From Lama glama (taxonomy: Eukaryota): a stretch of 64,000 nucleotides of DNA. The translations under genes were made by a program, and so were the position numbers. The stretch spans positions 28,646,001 through 28,710,000 of the forward strand of contig CM052818.1 of the NCBI GenBank assembly GCA_028534125.1, in the 5' to 3' direction. Shown here piece after piece: positions 1-12,937 of the stretch; positions within the stretch are counted from its first letter, which is position 1; each line of letters begins with the position of its first letter. Below the pieces are notes generated by a model. It was given only the letters and a program-made list of their open reading frames with translations. It was not told the DNA's origin and searched no databases.

Positions 1-192
1 TATGACCCAGTAATGCTGTGGGCAGATTACTGATTAGACACTCTTTACCACATGCTCACTCATTAACTTAAACACTTTATTTTTTATTTTACAAACACTA
101 CTACACAGCTGGAAGTGAAATGTTAAAGTATTACATCGCACTGAGTATAAAGAATATCCACATGGTATTTCAAAGTCTATTTTAAAAGAGTA

Positions 193-736
193 TGAGAGCA
201 GCTCTTTTGCCCCTTTCCCGTTTGCCCATTTCTGTTCCCCTCTAACCTTAAAAGAACCCAATTATATGAATCAGATCCCTAGACAATGTAACCTAAACTC
301 CTGACTTTTAAGCTCTCCTGAATGCACACAATGCTTTGTCTAACCTGTTGATTCTCTTCCTAGATTAAAAGAAGAATGAATAATGAGGCAGTTAAGAATG
401 ACAAGCTCTCCACTCCTAACACCCTCAAAGCAACCCCGCAGGCGGATCACCTGGGCAAGATAACATCTGAAGGAGGAGTCAGCCATTCTGCACACAATGA
501 GGAATGATGCAGAATCCAGCCTCCTGCCTTTATGATTCACTGAGAGTCTTCCCCCTTTTTTCCCCTTTGAAAACTCTCATGGCTGAGCAGAATCTTCAGA
601 GTTGGTCTCCGGACATAAGCCCACCTTCTCCTCAGACTGCTGGCTTTCTGATTAAAGCCACTCTCCTTTCTACCAACATTTGCCTCTTGACCATTGGCTT
701 TTGAGCAGCAAGCAGCTAAACCTGAGTTCGGTAACA
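193..736 (+). mobile_element. Solo LTR, ERV1-like
   Basis: Ends in an LTR-type terminus (...cctgagttcggtaaCA at 736) with ATTAAA ~80 bp upstream. A possible TG start at 193 gives an imperfect 4-bp TSD (agta/tgta). Left boundary uncertain. Confidence 0.7.
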
Positions 737-1639
737 TGTACACTTTTGCCTCTATCAAGCAGCATTGTAGCCAAATATTAATAAAGCAGTCTGCAGACTG
801 GACATTTTCCTTCTGTTCAGATTCACATTTTTCAAAGGTTAACAGCTTGGTTAAATCTACCATCCCAAGAAAGTCCTTACTAAGTTTGATGAATTGCTTG
901 GAACTCAGGTTGCTTACTTATGAGAATAAAAATCTCTGTAGAACAGAAATTAAATGTTGAGAGCATCTTTCCAAAATGAGACTTTCAGAAAGACTTATCA
1001 TTGAAAACAGGGGGTATATGTAGAAATCATTAAGCACTTTTAACTCAGTATTATGAAAATTTCAGAGATCTGTCCTTATAAACACCTAGCATGATCTACA
1101 TTGGTATGTGAATTTAAGTGTAAAATTGTAACTGATTTCTTAGACTCTTAGAGTTGGAGAATCATCGAGCTCAAGTTCAATTTCTCTCTTGATTCAAAAA
1201 TTCCTCCTGCCTCTTTGGAAGAGAGGTATTTGACCTCTTCTTGACCACCACTAGAGCTCTTTACTTTAGGACATTTCTAACTGTTTTAAAATTTTTCCCC
1301 AAATTCCTCCGAAACCCACCCTCTCTATACCTGCCCATGGTAGTAATACAGCACTGGTGTTTTCTGTCTTCCATAAGACAACAAAGAAAGGCAACTCTCT
1401 TATTGTTCATAAAGTCATTTCACATATTCTATATATTATAGAGTCTTCCTCTAGTGATCACATACTAGTTGATTAGTGTCCTTCTGCATATTCTATGTTA
1501 TATTTTTAGCCCAGAGTAATCTTATGATGAACAAAACCAGTTTTTCATTTGAACTGTTACCAAGGCAAGTCTTCATTTTCATTTGAGAAATTTTTATTTA
1601 AATGTAAATATTTATATCTGTTAAATTTCATTGTCATTG

Positions 1640-1850
1640 CCTACCTTATCCATGGTCTCTGCTGAGCTGACTCTGGATCATGCGATCCCAGTCTCTAATC
1701 ACAGCTGATTGGACCGAGGGTGGTTCCACACCTATCGTTTCAAGATCAGTCATTTTATTGACTATTCAGAGATACATCTCTTTGGTGACCTATATTAATA
1801 AAGATGGGAAGAGCTGATTAGGCCAGTTATGTCAGGAATTAAAACAAAGA
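1640..1850. mobile_element. Possible ancient ERVL-type LTR fragment (LTR33/LTR16-like)
   Basis: Motifs such as cagctgattgg...gagctgattaggcc...tcaggaatt resemble recalled old ERVL LTR consensuses; heavily diverged. Confidence 0.3.
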
Positions 1851-2669
1851 CAGTATATCTCATAGTGTGATATATGCATATATCTGTATCTATATCAGCA
1901 TACAAAACTACTTTACATGGCATATATATGATTTAAACAACCGATGTTAAATATGTTTGCTTCTCTACCTGTTAGTAAAAACTAGCACATCAAACCCACT
2001 ATTTTATGGTCAATGATTGCTTAGAGAAGGTTTAGAAAAAGATCAATTTAAAGTTGGTTAAAAGGAAAAATACCATGTAAATAAAAGAACCCCAATAAAG
2101 ACAAATGATCAGAACATATTTTGAACATATTTTCAGGATAATTCTTCCAAGATCAGTTTTTCTTATAAAATATACCTAGATATTCTTCCTAGGAATGTAC
2201 ACATTCAAGTTTTATAATCACATATTCCAATCTCCTTTAGGTCACTGATAAACTAGGGAATGAGATTCATAGATAAAAAGAAAGGAAGCTACCAGTTACT
2301 GGTGCCTATTTTCTGTCAAATAAAGTCCCACTTCCTACAGATCAGCTGGCAAAGCCTTCCCAATTTACCAGGGCAGACTTTATAATTATGTGTCTGTGCT
2401 CTCAAAGTTCTTTGTTTTCAGCTTCCCTTTTTGGAGTTTTAGAATCACGTCTATATTATTGACTTTCCAGGAGTACATGAATATATGTACATAGTATCTG
2501 AGGCGTATTGCTATTATTTTTTATTCAAACTATTGTAGTTGAAACTCTGTTATCACTACACAATTTATTTTTCATACAACATTAAAAGGTAAAGATAGAA
2601 ATATCAAAAGACTTGCAAAGGTGACCTCTCTATGACAATGAAATAGGGAGCAAAGTAAAGAGATAAGTC

Positions 2670-2815
2670 TTAGGGAAAGGCAGACATGGAGTTGAAGTCC
2701 TGCTCTTCTACTTAGTAGCTAAATGAACTGAAGGAAATCATTCATCATTCCTGAGTCTCAACTTTCTTGTCTGTTAAATGGGAACCTGCATGTAGAGTGC
2801 CAAGGATGAAGGAAA
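2670..2815 (+). mobile_element. MIR SINE fragment
   Basis: gaagtcctgctcttctacttagtagc...ctgagtctcaactttcttgtctgttaaatggga matches the MIR core. Confidence 0.7.
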
Positions 2816-3567
2816 TCCATCCAGTAACTACCATCAACAACACTGTATTATTCTTATTTCTTAATTCAGAAAAAAATGTGATAAAGCTTTTGCGAAAAAC
2901 TTTCATATGCCTCTAAAAACCTCTTTACCAGCATTTCTTAAGTAAACAAAAACAATGAATCAGGGAAATTCACTTTATGAGGAAACTTATGAATGATCCA
3001 AAAGTTATAAATAATTACAGAGAACACACTTCAATTTTCTATGTTATAGTGTTCTTTTGGATTCTTGTTAGTTTATTGATATTGGGGTTCTTATTTCTAT
3101 TTTATCTGGAAAAATAGTATTTTTTTCATCTGAAGCTCTTTTTTTAATAGTCAATATTCTGGTAAATATTTATTAAAATTAAAATGAGATTAATTAAAAT
3201 TCTTTAATTCTAATTGATAGATGTTAGATAATTTTAAATATTTTAAATCTAATTGACAGAAGTTCATAGTTAGAGTCCCATGAAACTAAAAAGCACAAGA
3301 CATTTAAGGTAATTTTTCTGAATGTAATATAAAATTAAACTAGTTTTATATCTCTCAAATTAAATCCAAATCTCCTCATGCCATTCAGTCTAACATATCT
3401 GAATAGAAATCAGTTGGCTTTAATTTTAATAATTTTTCACGACTAGTAATTACCTATATGTAATTTCAGAAATTTAAAGTCAATGAAATCATTTATACGC
3501 AAATGCAGTTAGAGAGGGAAAATATGCAGCAACGGAATTTTAACTTGTGTTTCTTGCAGGCTAATGC

Positions 3568-3713
3568 ACAAGGAGGATTTGAGAAGAGAATAGTAGAGAG
3601 TAAAATATGGTATTTTTAAATATACAAGCAAAAGTATATTTTTTAAATATACAAGAAGATTTCATAAGAGAATGATAAAGAGTAAAACATGAATTTTTAA
3701 ATATACAAGCAAA
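3568..3713. repeat. Diverged local tandem duplication (~83-bp period)
   Basis: acaaggaggatttgagaagagaatagtagagagtaaaatatgg...tttttaaatatacaagcaaaa recurs at 3651 as acaagaagatttcataagagaatgataaagagtaaaacatga...tttttaaatatacaagcaaaa. Confidence 0.8.
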
Positions 3714-4214
3714 ACTGGAATTTTTTTTTAGTTTTCCTTCTAATTAGATATTGTCACTATAGTAGACAAGTAAAGTTTAGAGTGTATCCCTCTACAGAGT
3801 AGGAGTATGAAGTAAATGTGCAATTTCAGAGGAGTATAATATAATTAGAAAATTCTTGGTGAACTGCTGACATCAGGAAAGACACTAAAAACCCAATCAT
3901 GGACCTTTTAAAAAGATCAAATTGCATTAAATGGAAACTGAGAAAATCAGTGTACTCAGTCACAAAGGTAAAATAAGATTGAAGCAGTCAATACTCTGCA
4001 GCCCAAAGTGCTCAGCCATCTATGATTTGTTTTAGAAGCAGTGACCCTGGTGGCAGGAAATTGAAAGAAAGTTACTCTTGCATATATTGTTCTTTACTAA
4101 ATGTTAATTAACAAGTAATGGTAGCTGCACAATCAGAAGCCATGCTTGAGGATGGATGACTACTCAGGCAATGCAGGAGGATTACGCTATTACTGAACAT
4201 TAAAAATCCAATCA

Positions 4215-4400
4215 CTTTTGTCCATAGCACTTATCACTTCTAACATACTGTATACTTTACATATTTAATTTGTTTGTAGAACACATTTCCTCATCAAAGT
4301 TAAAGCTCTTTAATGACACAAATATCTAGAAGAGATCCTGGGACAAAGTAAGTGCTCAATGTTAGATAAATAAATGAGGAAAAGAATGAATGAATGAAAG
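4215..4400 (+). mobile_element. L2 3' end
   Basis: catagcacttatcac...agtaagtgctcaat...gaatgaatgaatg is a typical L2 tail. Confidence 0.7.
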
Positions 4401-4469
4401 TAATAATTTATTTCTGAATCATACCTCTTAACATAAAAAAGACAAAGACTGCTAACTTCAATTAAAGTT

Positions 4470-4685
4470 TCCAAGGTCAATCAAACATGGACTCTTTCTT
4501 CAAAATGTTTATGGTCCAGTAGAAGAAATTAATCATTTTTATAAGTAAATTTAACATAGTGTGGAGCATGCTGAGTACTTAAATGCCAAGGAGTCAGTAA
4601 GAAAGAAAAAACAGACTTCGTTAAGCTTATGAAATTAGAGAAGCTTCATGGAAGATATGGCAATTTAAGTGGTTTCAAAAGATAG
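4470..4685 (-). mobile_element. L2 fragment, left half (interrupted by L1)
   Basis: agaagcttcatggaagatatggcaatttaagtgg resembles antisense L2 and continues after the L1 at ~11762. Confidence 0.55.
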
Positions 4686-6260
4686 AGAGGAGAGAGTTCC
4701 CAAGATAGAGGAGTAGAAAAACCCTGAGTTCACTTCCTCCCACGGGCACATCAAAATTACAACTACTTACAGAAAAATTATTGATGAAAAAGGCCAGAAC
4801 CTATCAGAAAAGATCTTCTACAACTAAAGATATAATGAAGGAACCACAACAAGATGAGCAGGATGGGTGGAGTCACACCCTGGGTGGTGCCCACAAATGG
4901 AAGAATAATTACAACTGCAGAGCTTCTCATCAGCCTAGGTGTCCTGCACTGAGAAGATGAGTCCCTACGACATTTGGCTTTAAAGGGCAGCAGGTCTAAT
5001 TGGAAAGACTCAAAGGGCTGTGAGAATCAGAGATTCCACTCTTAAACGGGATACACAAAATCTCACACTCCCTGGGGCCCAGGGTAGAAGCAGCAATTTG
5101 AAAGAAGCAGATCTATCTGCTGCATTTAGAGTGTCTCCTGGAGAGGCAGGAAGAAACTGGAGCTCACCCTGGGGACATAGACACTGGCAGCAAACATTTT
5201 TAGGAGCTTGTTCTACCACATGGACACTGATGCTGGTAAATGCCACTTTGGAACCCCTGCCTCTAGTTTATTCATCCCAGAACCCAGCACCACTCCCACC
5301 CACCAGCCTATAGGCACCAGTACAGGGACCCTTCAGGCCAAGCAACAAACTGGACAGGGACACAGCCCCACCCACCAACAGACAGGCTGCCTTAAGACCT
5401 CCTGAGCCCACAATGGCTTCTGTACATGGCTCTACACACCAGAGATCAGAGGACCCAACCACACACATCAGTGTGCAGGCACTAGAACCAAGATCCTTGG
5501 AGCCCTCCAGCAAGAGGGAACCAGCTTCACTTATCAGTGGGCAAAGACCAGATCCAGAATCACCTGCATACTAGCCCTACATACCAGCTAGCCTTCTCTA
5601 GCCTTAGGACCAGCCTCATACACCAGTGGGAGGACACCAACCCCAGGACAACCACAGCCCCACAGCCTGCGATGGCGGGACCCGGCTCCCGAAACCAATA
5701 GACCAGCACCATCCATGGGACACCCTGGACCCTGCAGCCAGCTGTGTCAGCAATGTCTTCCATCTACCAGTAGTCCAGTACCAACTCTGGGAACCCTGGG
5801 CCCTGCAGCCAGACCTCAGGGTATAGCTCTGACCACCAAGGGCTGTATCAGCCACAGTATATCACCCACTGGTGGGCTAGGACAACCCCTGATACCTCCT
5901 GGAACCTAACTCCACCCACCAGTGAGCCAGCAGGGCCTACAGGGTACTACAGCCAGCTGCCTTATAACCTGGACCCATGAACCAGTGGCTGGCAGCTTCC
6001 ACACAAGGCAAGGCCTGGAAATCAACTGGCCATGGGCCAGGCACATATATCAGACCACACACAGTAGCCAGCCTGCCATAACAGAAGGACTCACACAGCA
6101 TACATAGGAGGCATCCATAGAGCTTATAGCTCTTGTGGCTAGAAGGGTGTGAGGTACTGGGATACACAGGGTATCTCCAGCAAAAGGCCACTTCCTCAAG
6201 GTCAGAAAACATACCAACCTACCAGATACACTGAAATAAAAACAGCAAATTAGAAAAAAA

Positions 6261-7154
6261 ATGAGGCAACAGAAGACCATGTTCCAAATAAAGGAACAAG
6301 ATAAAACCCCAGAAGAACTAAGAGAAGTGGAGATCGGCATTCTACCCCAGAAAGAGTTCAGGGTAATAATCATAAAGATTATCAAAGAAGTCAGAATGGA
6401 TGAATGGATGCACAGAGCAAGAAGTTAGAAGTTTTTAACAAAGAGTTGGAAATTTAAAGAAGAACCCAACAGAACGAAAATTTAAAAATACATTAGAAGG
6501 AATCAACAGTAGACTAAATGATACAAAGGAACAGATCATCGAGCTAGAATACAGAGGTAGTGGAAATCTTTGAAGCTAAACAGAAAAAAAAGAAAAAAGA
6601 AAAAAGAAATGAGGAGAGTTTAAGAAATCTCTAAGACAATATCAAACATACTAATGTTCTCATTATAGGGATCCAAGGAGGAGAAGGGAGAGAGAAAGGG
6701 GCAGAGAACACACTGGAAGACATCATAGCTGAAAATTTCCCTTACCTCAGAAAGGAAACAGACATCCAAGTCCAGACATCCAAGAACAGAGAGTCCCAAA
6801 CAGGATCAACCCAAAGAGGACAACAGCAAGACACGCTGTAATTAACATTACAAAAGTTAAAGACGAAGAGAGAATAATTTTGAAAGTAGCAAGGGAAAAG
6901 TAGTAACTTACGGGCAAAGGAACTCCCATAAATCTATCAGCTGACTTTTCAGCAAAAATTCTGTAGGCAAGAAGGGAGTGGCATGATATCCTTAAAGTGA
7001 TGAGAGGGAAAAGCACACGACCAAGAACACTGTATCCAATAAGGCTTTCATTCAGATTTGCTGGAGAGAGCAAAAGTTTAACAGACAAGCAAAAGCTAAA
7101 AGAATTCACTACCACCAAGTCAGCTTCCGAGAAATGTTAAAGGGACTTCTCTAA
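6261..7154 (+). pseudogene. L1 ORF1 remnant
   Basis: atgaggcaacagaagaccatgttccaaataaagg start; atctatcagctgacttttcagca (LSADFS motif); ends aagggacttctctaa. Disrupted. Confidence 0.85.
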
Positions 7155-7446
7155 GTGAAAAAGAAAAGGTCAAAACTAAAAACATGAGTATTACAGAAGG
7201 AAAAATCACATTGGTAAAGGCAAATATACAGTAAAGTTAGTAAACCCACCATGTAAAAAGCTAGTAGGAAGGTTAAAAGACAAAAGTAATAAAAATCACC
7301 TGTATCTACAATAAGCAGTTATGGGATACACAAAACAATTAGATGTAAATTATGATATCAAAAACAGTAATCATGAGGGAAGGAGAGTACAAACACAGAG
7401 TATTTAAAAGGTATCTGAAATTAAGAGATTAGTAACTTAAAACAAT

Positions 7447-7500
7447 CATATATATATGTGTGTGTATGTGTGTATGTATATATATATGAATGATATACGT
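7447..7500. repeat. (TA)n/(TG)n microsatellite in the L1 inter-ORF region
   Basis: atatatatatgtgtgtgtatgtgtgtatgtatatatatatg read directly. Confidence 0.9.
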
Positions 7501-7675
7501 GTAGCAGTCTAAAACCTCAGGGTAATCACAAACTTAAAATCTATAATAGATATACAGACAAAAAACAAAAAAGAATCCAAACATAATGCTAAAGAGAGTC
7601 ATCAAATTACAAGAGAAGAAAGGAAGAAAGGGGAAAAAAGACATACAAAACCAAATCAGAAACAATTTTAACAAA

Positions 7676-10600
7676 ATGGGAATAAGAATATATGTATCAA
7701 TAATTACCATTAAGTGTAAACAGACTAAATACCCCAAACAAAAGTCACAGACTGGCTGAATGGATAAAAAAAAAAAGATCTATATATATGCTGCCTACAA
7801 GAGACTCACTTCAGATCTAGAGATACACACAGATGATAAGTGGGGGATAGAAAAAGATATTCCATGCAAATGGAAATCAAAAGAAAGCTGGAGTAGCAAT
7901 ACTTGTAACAGACAAAACAGACTAAAATAAAAACTTTTACAAGAGACAAAGAAGGATACTACATAAGGACAAAGAGATCAATCCAAAAAGAAGATATAAC
8001 AATTGTAACTATATACGTATGCACCTGACATTGGAGCACCTCAATACATAAGAAAACCATTAGCAAACATAAAAAAAGAAATTGACAGTAACACAAAAAT
8101 AGTAGGGGGCTTTAACACCACACTCACATCAAGGGACAAATCATCCAGACAGAAAATCAATAAGGAAACACAGGCCTTAAATTTACATTATACAAGATGG
8201 AGTTAATTGATATTTACAGAGCATTCCATTCAAAAGCAGCAGAATACTTATTCTTTTCAAGTGCACATGGAACATTCTCCAGGATATATCACATGCTAGG
8301 CCCAAAACAAGCTCTGGTAAATTTAAGAAAATTGAAATCATATCAAGCATCTTTTCTGACCACAAAGTTATGAGACTAGATATCAACCACAAGAAAAATC
8401 TGCAAAAAACACAAACACATAGAAGCTACACAATATGCTACTAAACAACCAATGGGTCACTGCAGAAATCAAAGAAGAAACTAAAGAAAAAAACAGAGAG
8501 ACAAATCAAAACAAAAACACAAGGATCCAAATTTATAGGATGCAACAAAAACAATTCTAAGAGAAAAGTTTACAGCAATAGAAGCTTACCTCAGAAAACA
8601 AGAAAAAAATACAAAAACAACCTAAACTTATACCTAAAGGAACTATAAAAAGAAGAACAAAGAAACTTCAAAGTTAGGAGAAGAAAAAAAAATATAAAGA
8701 TTGGAGCAGAAATAAATGAAAGAAACTAAAAAAAAAAACCAATAGATAAGATCAATGAAACTGATCTAAGAGCTATTTCTTCGAAAAGATAAACAAAACT
8801 GATAAACCATTAGTCAGACTGATCAGAAAAAAAAGACAAGATGGCCCAAATCAATAAAACCAGAAATGAAAAATGAGAAGTTACAACCCATCATAGAAAC
8901 ACAAAGGAATGTAAGAGATTAGTGTGAACAGCTAGATGCCAATAAAATGGACAACCTAGAAGAAATGGACAAATTCCTAAAAATAGATTGAATCAAGAAG
9001 AAATAGGAACTATGAAAAGGCCATTTCCCAGTAATAAAACTAAATCAGTAATTAAAAAAAAAAAAACCTCACAATAAACAAAGGTCTGGGACCAGATGGC
9101 TTCCTAGGTGAATTTTACTAAACATTTAGAGAAGAATTAATACCTATCTTTCTCAAAGTATTCTAAAAAATTGCAGAGGAAGTAACGTTTCTGAGCTCAT
9201 TCTATGAGGCCAAAATCACCCTGATACCAAAAGCAAAGTTATCATAAGAAAAGAAAATTACATGTCAAAATTATTGATAAATATAGATGCAAAAATCCAA
9301 AATATTAGCAAACTGAATCCAACAATACATTCAAAAGATCATACATGATGATCAACTGGGATTTACCCTAGGGATGTAAGAATGATTCAATACTCACAAA
9401 TCAATCAATGTAATACACAGCATTAACAAATTAAACAATAAAAACCACATGATTTCATCTCAGTAGATGCAGAAAAAGCTTCTGACAAAATCAATGTCCA
9501 TTTATGATTAAAAAAAATTCTCCAGAAAGTGAATGTAGAGACGAGATCAGACGCGTTCAGGGTGGTATGGCAGTAGAACAGAAAGTTAATGTACAGAGAA
9601 CACAATATAATAAAGGCCATATATGATAGGCCCAGCTAACATACTCAATAGTGGAAAGCTGAAAGTATTTCCTCTGAGATCAGAAAGAAGATATTCACCA
9701 CTTTTATTCAACATAATACTGAAAGCCCCGGCCACAGCAATCAGAGAAAAAAAGAGAAATGAAAATAATCCAAATTGAAAAGCAAAAAGTAAAACTGTCT
9801 CAGATGACATAATACTATACACAGAAAATCTTAATGATGCCACCAAAAAACTACTAGAGCTCATCAATGAATTCAGTAATTTGCAGGATACAAAATTAAT
9901 AGACAGAAATCTGTTGGCATTTTTATACACTAACAATGAACTATCAGAAAGAAAAATTAAGGAAACAATCTCATTCACAATTACATCAAGAAGAATAAAA
10001 TACTTAGGATAAAAGTATTCCTACATAAGGAGGTAGAAGACCTGTACTTGGAAAACTATAAGACATTGATAAAAGAAACTGAAGAGGACACAAACAGATG
10101 GAAGAATATAATGTTTTCATGGACTAGAAGAATTAATATTATTAAAATTACCATACTACTCAAGGCAGTCTACAGATTCAAGGCAATCACTATCAAAATA
10201 CCAATGGTATTTTTCACAGAACTAGAGCAAATAATTTTAAAGTGTTTATGAAAGCACAAAATACTCTGAATTGGCAAAACAATCTTGAGAAAGAAGAATA
10301 CAGCAGGAAGTATCATGCTCCCTGACTTCAGATAATACTACAAGTTACAACAATCAAAATAGTATAGCACTGGCTCCTAAACAACACACAGATCAATGTA
10401 ACAGAATTGAGAATTCAGAAAGAAACCCACACTTCTTTGGTCAATTAATCTATGACACAAAAGACAAGAACATAAAATGGGGAAAAGATAGTCAGAGTCT
10501 TCAATAAGTGGTACTGGGAAAACTAGGTGGCTACATGCAGAAAATGAAATTAGAATGTTTCCTCACACTATTTACAAAGATAAACTCAAAATGGATTAAA

Positions 10601-11460
10601 TGAAAAACCAGAAACCATAAAACTCTAGGAAAAAACATAGGCAAATACTCTTTGACATAAATTGTATTTTCTTGGATCTGTCTCCTAAGGCAAAGATATA
10701 AATGCAAAAGTAAACAAATGGGCCCTAATTAAACTTAAAAGCTTTTGTGCAGCAAAAGAAACCATAAACATAATGAAAAGACAACCTACTGAATGGGAGA
10801 AAATGATATGACTAATAAAGAGTTAATATCCAAAATATATAAATAGCTCACACAACTCAATATCAAAAAAACCCCAAACAACTGGATTAAAAAGGAGGCA
10901 CAAGACATGAACAGACATTTTACCAAAGAAGACATACAGATGGTCAACAGACATATGAAGAGATGTTCAACATTGCTAATTATCATATAAATGCAAATCA
11001 AAACCACAGTGAAATATCACCTGATACCTGTCAGAATATCTATAATCAAAAAGACTACATTTAACATATGTTGGCAAGTATGGGGAGAAAACGAAACCCT
11101 CATACACTGCTGGTGGGAATGTAGTTTGGTGCAGGTATTACAGAAAACAGTATGGAGGTTCCTCAAAAAAATAAAAATGAGTTACCCTGTGATCCAGCAA
11201 TCCCACTTCTGGGCATATATCCAGAGGGAACTCTTAATTTGAAAAAATACATGCACCCAATGTTCATAGCAGCACTATATACAATAGCCAAGACATGGAA
11301 GCAACCTAAATGCCCATTGACAGATGACTGGATAAAGAAGTTGTGCTGTATTTATACAATGGAATACTACTCCACCATAAAAAGAAAAAAAATTGCCATT
11401 GCAACAGTATGAATGGACACAGAGAAGTACAAATATTGTATGTTATCACCTATATGTAGA
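7676..11460 (+). pseudogene. L1 ORF2 (endonuclease/reverse transcriptase) remnant
   Basis: EN motifs (tgctgcctacaagagactcac = CCLQETH; tctgaccac = SDH), RT motifs (atctcagtagatgcagaaaaagct; gatgacata at ~9803), C-terminal HCWWEC and DPAIPLLGIYP. Disrupted; 3' end approximate. Confidence 0.93.
9539..9578 (-). pseudogene. 5S rRNA 5'-fragment retropseudogene (tailless), inserted in L1 ORF2
   Basis: The reverse complement matches mammalian 5S rRNA nt 1-40 (GTCTACGGCCATACCACCCTGAACGCGCCCGATCTCGTCT) at 36/40 by hand alignment. Flanked by direct repeats cagaaagtgaatgtagag (9523-9540) and cagaaagttaatgtacag (9579-9596). Confidence 0.93.
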
Positions 11461-11763
11461 ACTAAAAAATAAAACACACTAGCGAATATAACAAAAAGAA
11501 ACAGAATCACAGATATAGAGAACAAACTAGTGGTTACCAGTGGGGAGCAGGAAAGAGAGAGGGGCAAAACAGGGGTAAGGGATCAAGAAGTACAAACGAC
11601 TATGTATGAAATAAGCTACAAGGACATATTGTACAGCAGATGGACTATAACCAATATTTTATAATAACTAAGAATGAAGTATAATCTATAAAAATTTTCA
11701 TTCTGTTGGACCCCTGAAATTAATATAATATTGTAAACAAATTATATCTCAATTTAAAAAAAA

Positions 11764-11960
11764 GGCAGGATTTAGATACGTTCATATGAATAGGTGAAGA
11801 GAGTAGTCAAGAAGAAGACACTGTAAACAAAGGCTCAAATCTGTGTGTCACTAAGCACAAGTAACATTAAACTCTTCTGTTTGGCTCCAACATAACCCAC
11901 ATAAAAATGAACACAAGGAAAGAGAATGGAAAGAGTCAAATTATGAACATTCCCATCAAA
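11764..11960 (-). mobile_element. L2 fragment, right half
   Basis: gcaggatttagata...gacactgtaaacaaaggc continues the antisense L2 left of the L1. Confidence 0.5.
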
Positions 11961-12937
11961 GATGCAGCATTTTAATAAGCATTTAATAATTTAATAAAAT
12001 TTAATAATAATTTTAATTGCTACTTAAATGTAATTGCTTTGATCCTTACTTAAGCCTTGGGCTTTGTCCCCCATCCTTTGTCCTAATCACCTTTGAAGTT
12101 TCACTTTTTTCTGAGAAAGATGTTGGCAATTAGTAAAAAGTGGGATGTTTCCTAAGGTCTCTAGGGCAGCAAGGGATTCCCACTTTTTCCACTTCTTCTC
12201 TTTCTTAGACACTTGTCTGCCTGATGGATTAAGAAGCCAAGCTGCATCTTTCTCAGGCTTGAAATCTTGCTATTGGAGCCTTTTGAGGCAGGTGAAAAGT
12301 AGTTACATCAGAGAAATAGCTTCAGTAGGGAATTGTTAACTAAGAGAAATTAGATCGAAACTAATAAATTTAAACTCTGTCTGCTTTGAATCATTCTTTC
12401 GGTGTTTTTAATTTTAATTTTTCTAGTCTCCTTTACTCATAAAGCTGAATTTTTATTTACGTATTTTAAATATGTTATTTATATTCACTATGTTTTAATT
12501 ACTTAACAAAAATAATGTATTTACTTTACAGTGTTTCTACTTTTTAAATAAAGTTTACTTTTTTGCTCCTTACCTTTCTTATTTCTTAATTAGAGCTGTA
12601 TTTGAATCCAACTTGAAATTTTTCACTCTCCCTCATGGGTCCTCATTTCTTGTTTTCTTGTATCTCATTTAATTGTTTTTAAATCTTACTAGCCCCAAGC
12701 CTTTTTTCTTGTTTTGAATCCTCTCTAAACACTTAATGTACTTAAATGTCTTACTGTGAAACTTTGCATTTTAGTTTTCTGCTTTCCCCCACTTTTTTAC
12801 ATACAAAACTTTAAACCTTTCAAACCTATACACTCTTCACTTCTAGGATAATCTTATTTTTGCTATTCTCCTCTTCTCCTTTTACCTTGTAATGATCTTT
12901 TGAAAACAAAATTTTTCATACAGGGTAACAAGAAGTT

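Larger units (their letters stand above)
4690..11763 (+). mobile_element. Near-full-length decayed LINE-1 (cetartiodactyl-type): 5'UTR, ORF1, spacer, ORF2, 3'UTR, poly(A)
   Basis: 5'UTR ~4690-6260 with ccaccagtggg-type subrepeats, ORF1 remnant 6261-7154, ORF2 remnant from 7676, L1 3'UTR and A-tail at 11756-11763. ORF-track peptides such as ELPCDPAIPLLGIYP are L1 ORF2. Many stops and frameshifts. Confidence 0.97.

Noticed and set aside
1869..1884. 16-bp palindrome gatatatgcatatatc
   Set aside because: Low-complexity TA repeat context.
6050..9978. Long hydrophobic minus-strand ORFs (111, 123 and 130 aa)
   Set aside because: Antisense frames of A-rich L1 give F/L/S-rich pseudo-membrane peptides.
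10048..11412. ORFs with recognisable protein motifs (also 30554-30799 and 45008-45637)
   Set aside because: Fragments of decayed L1 ORF2, not host genes.
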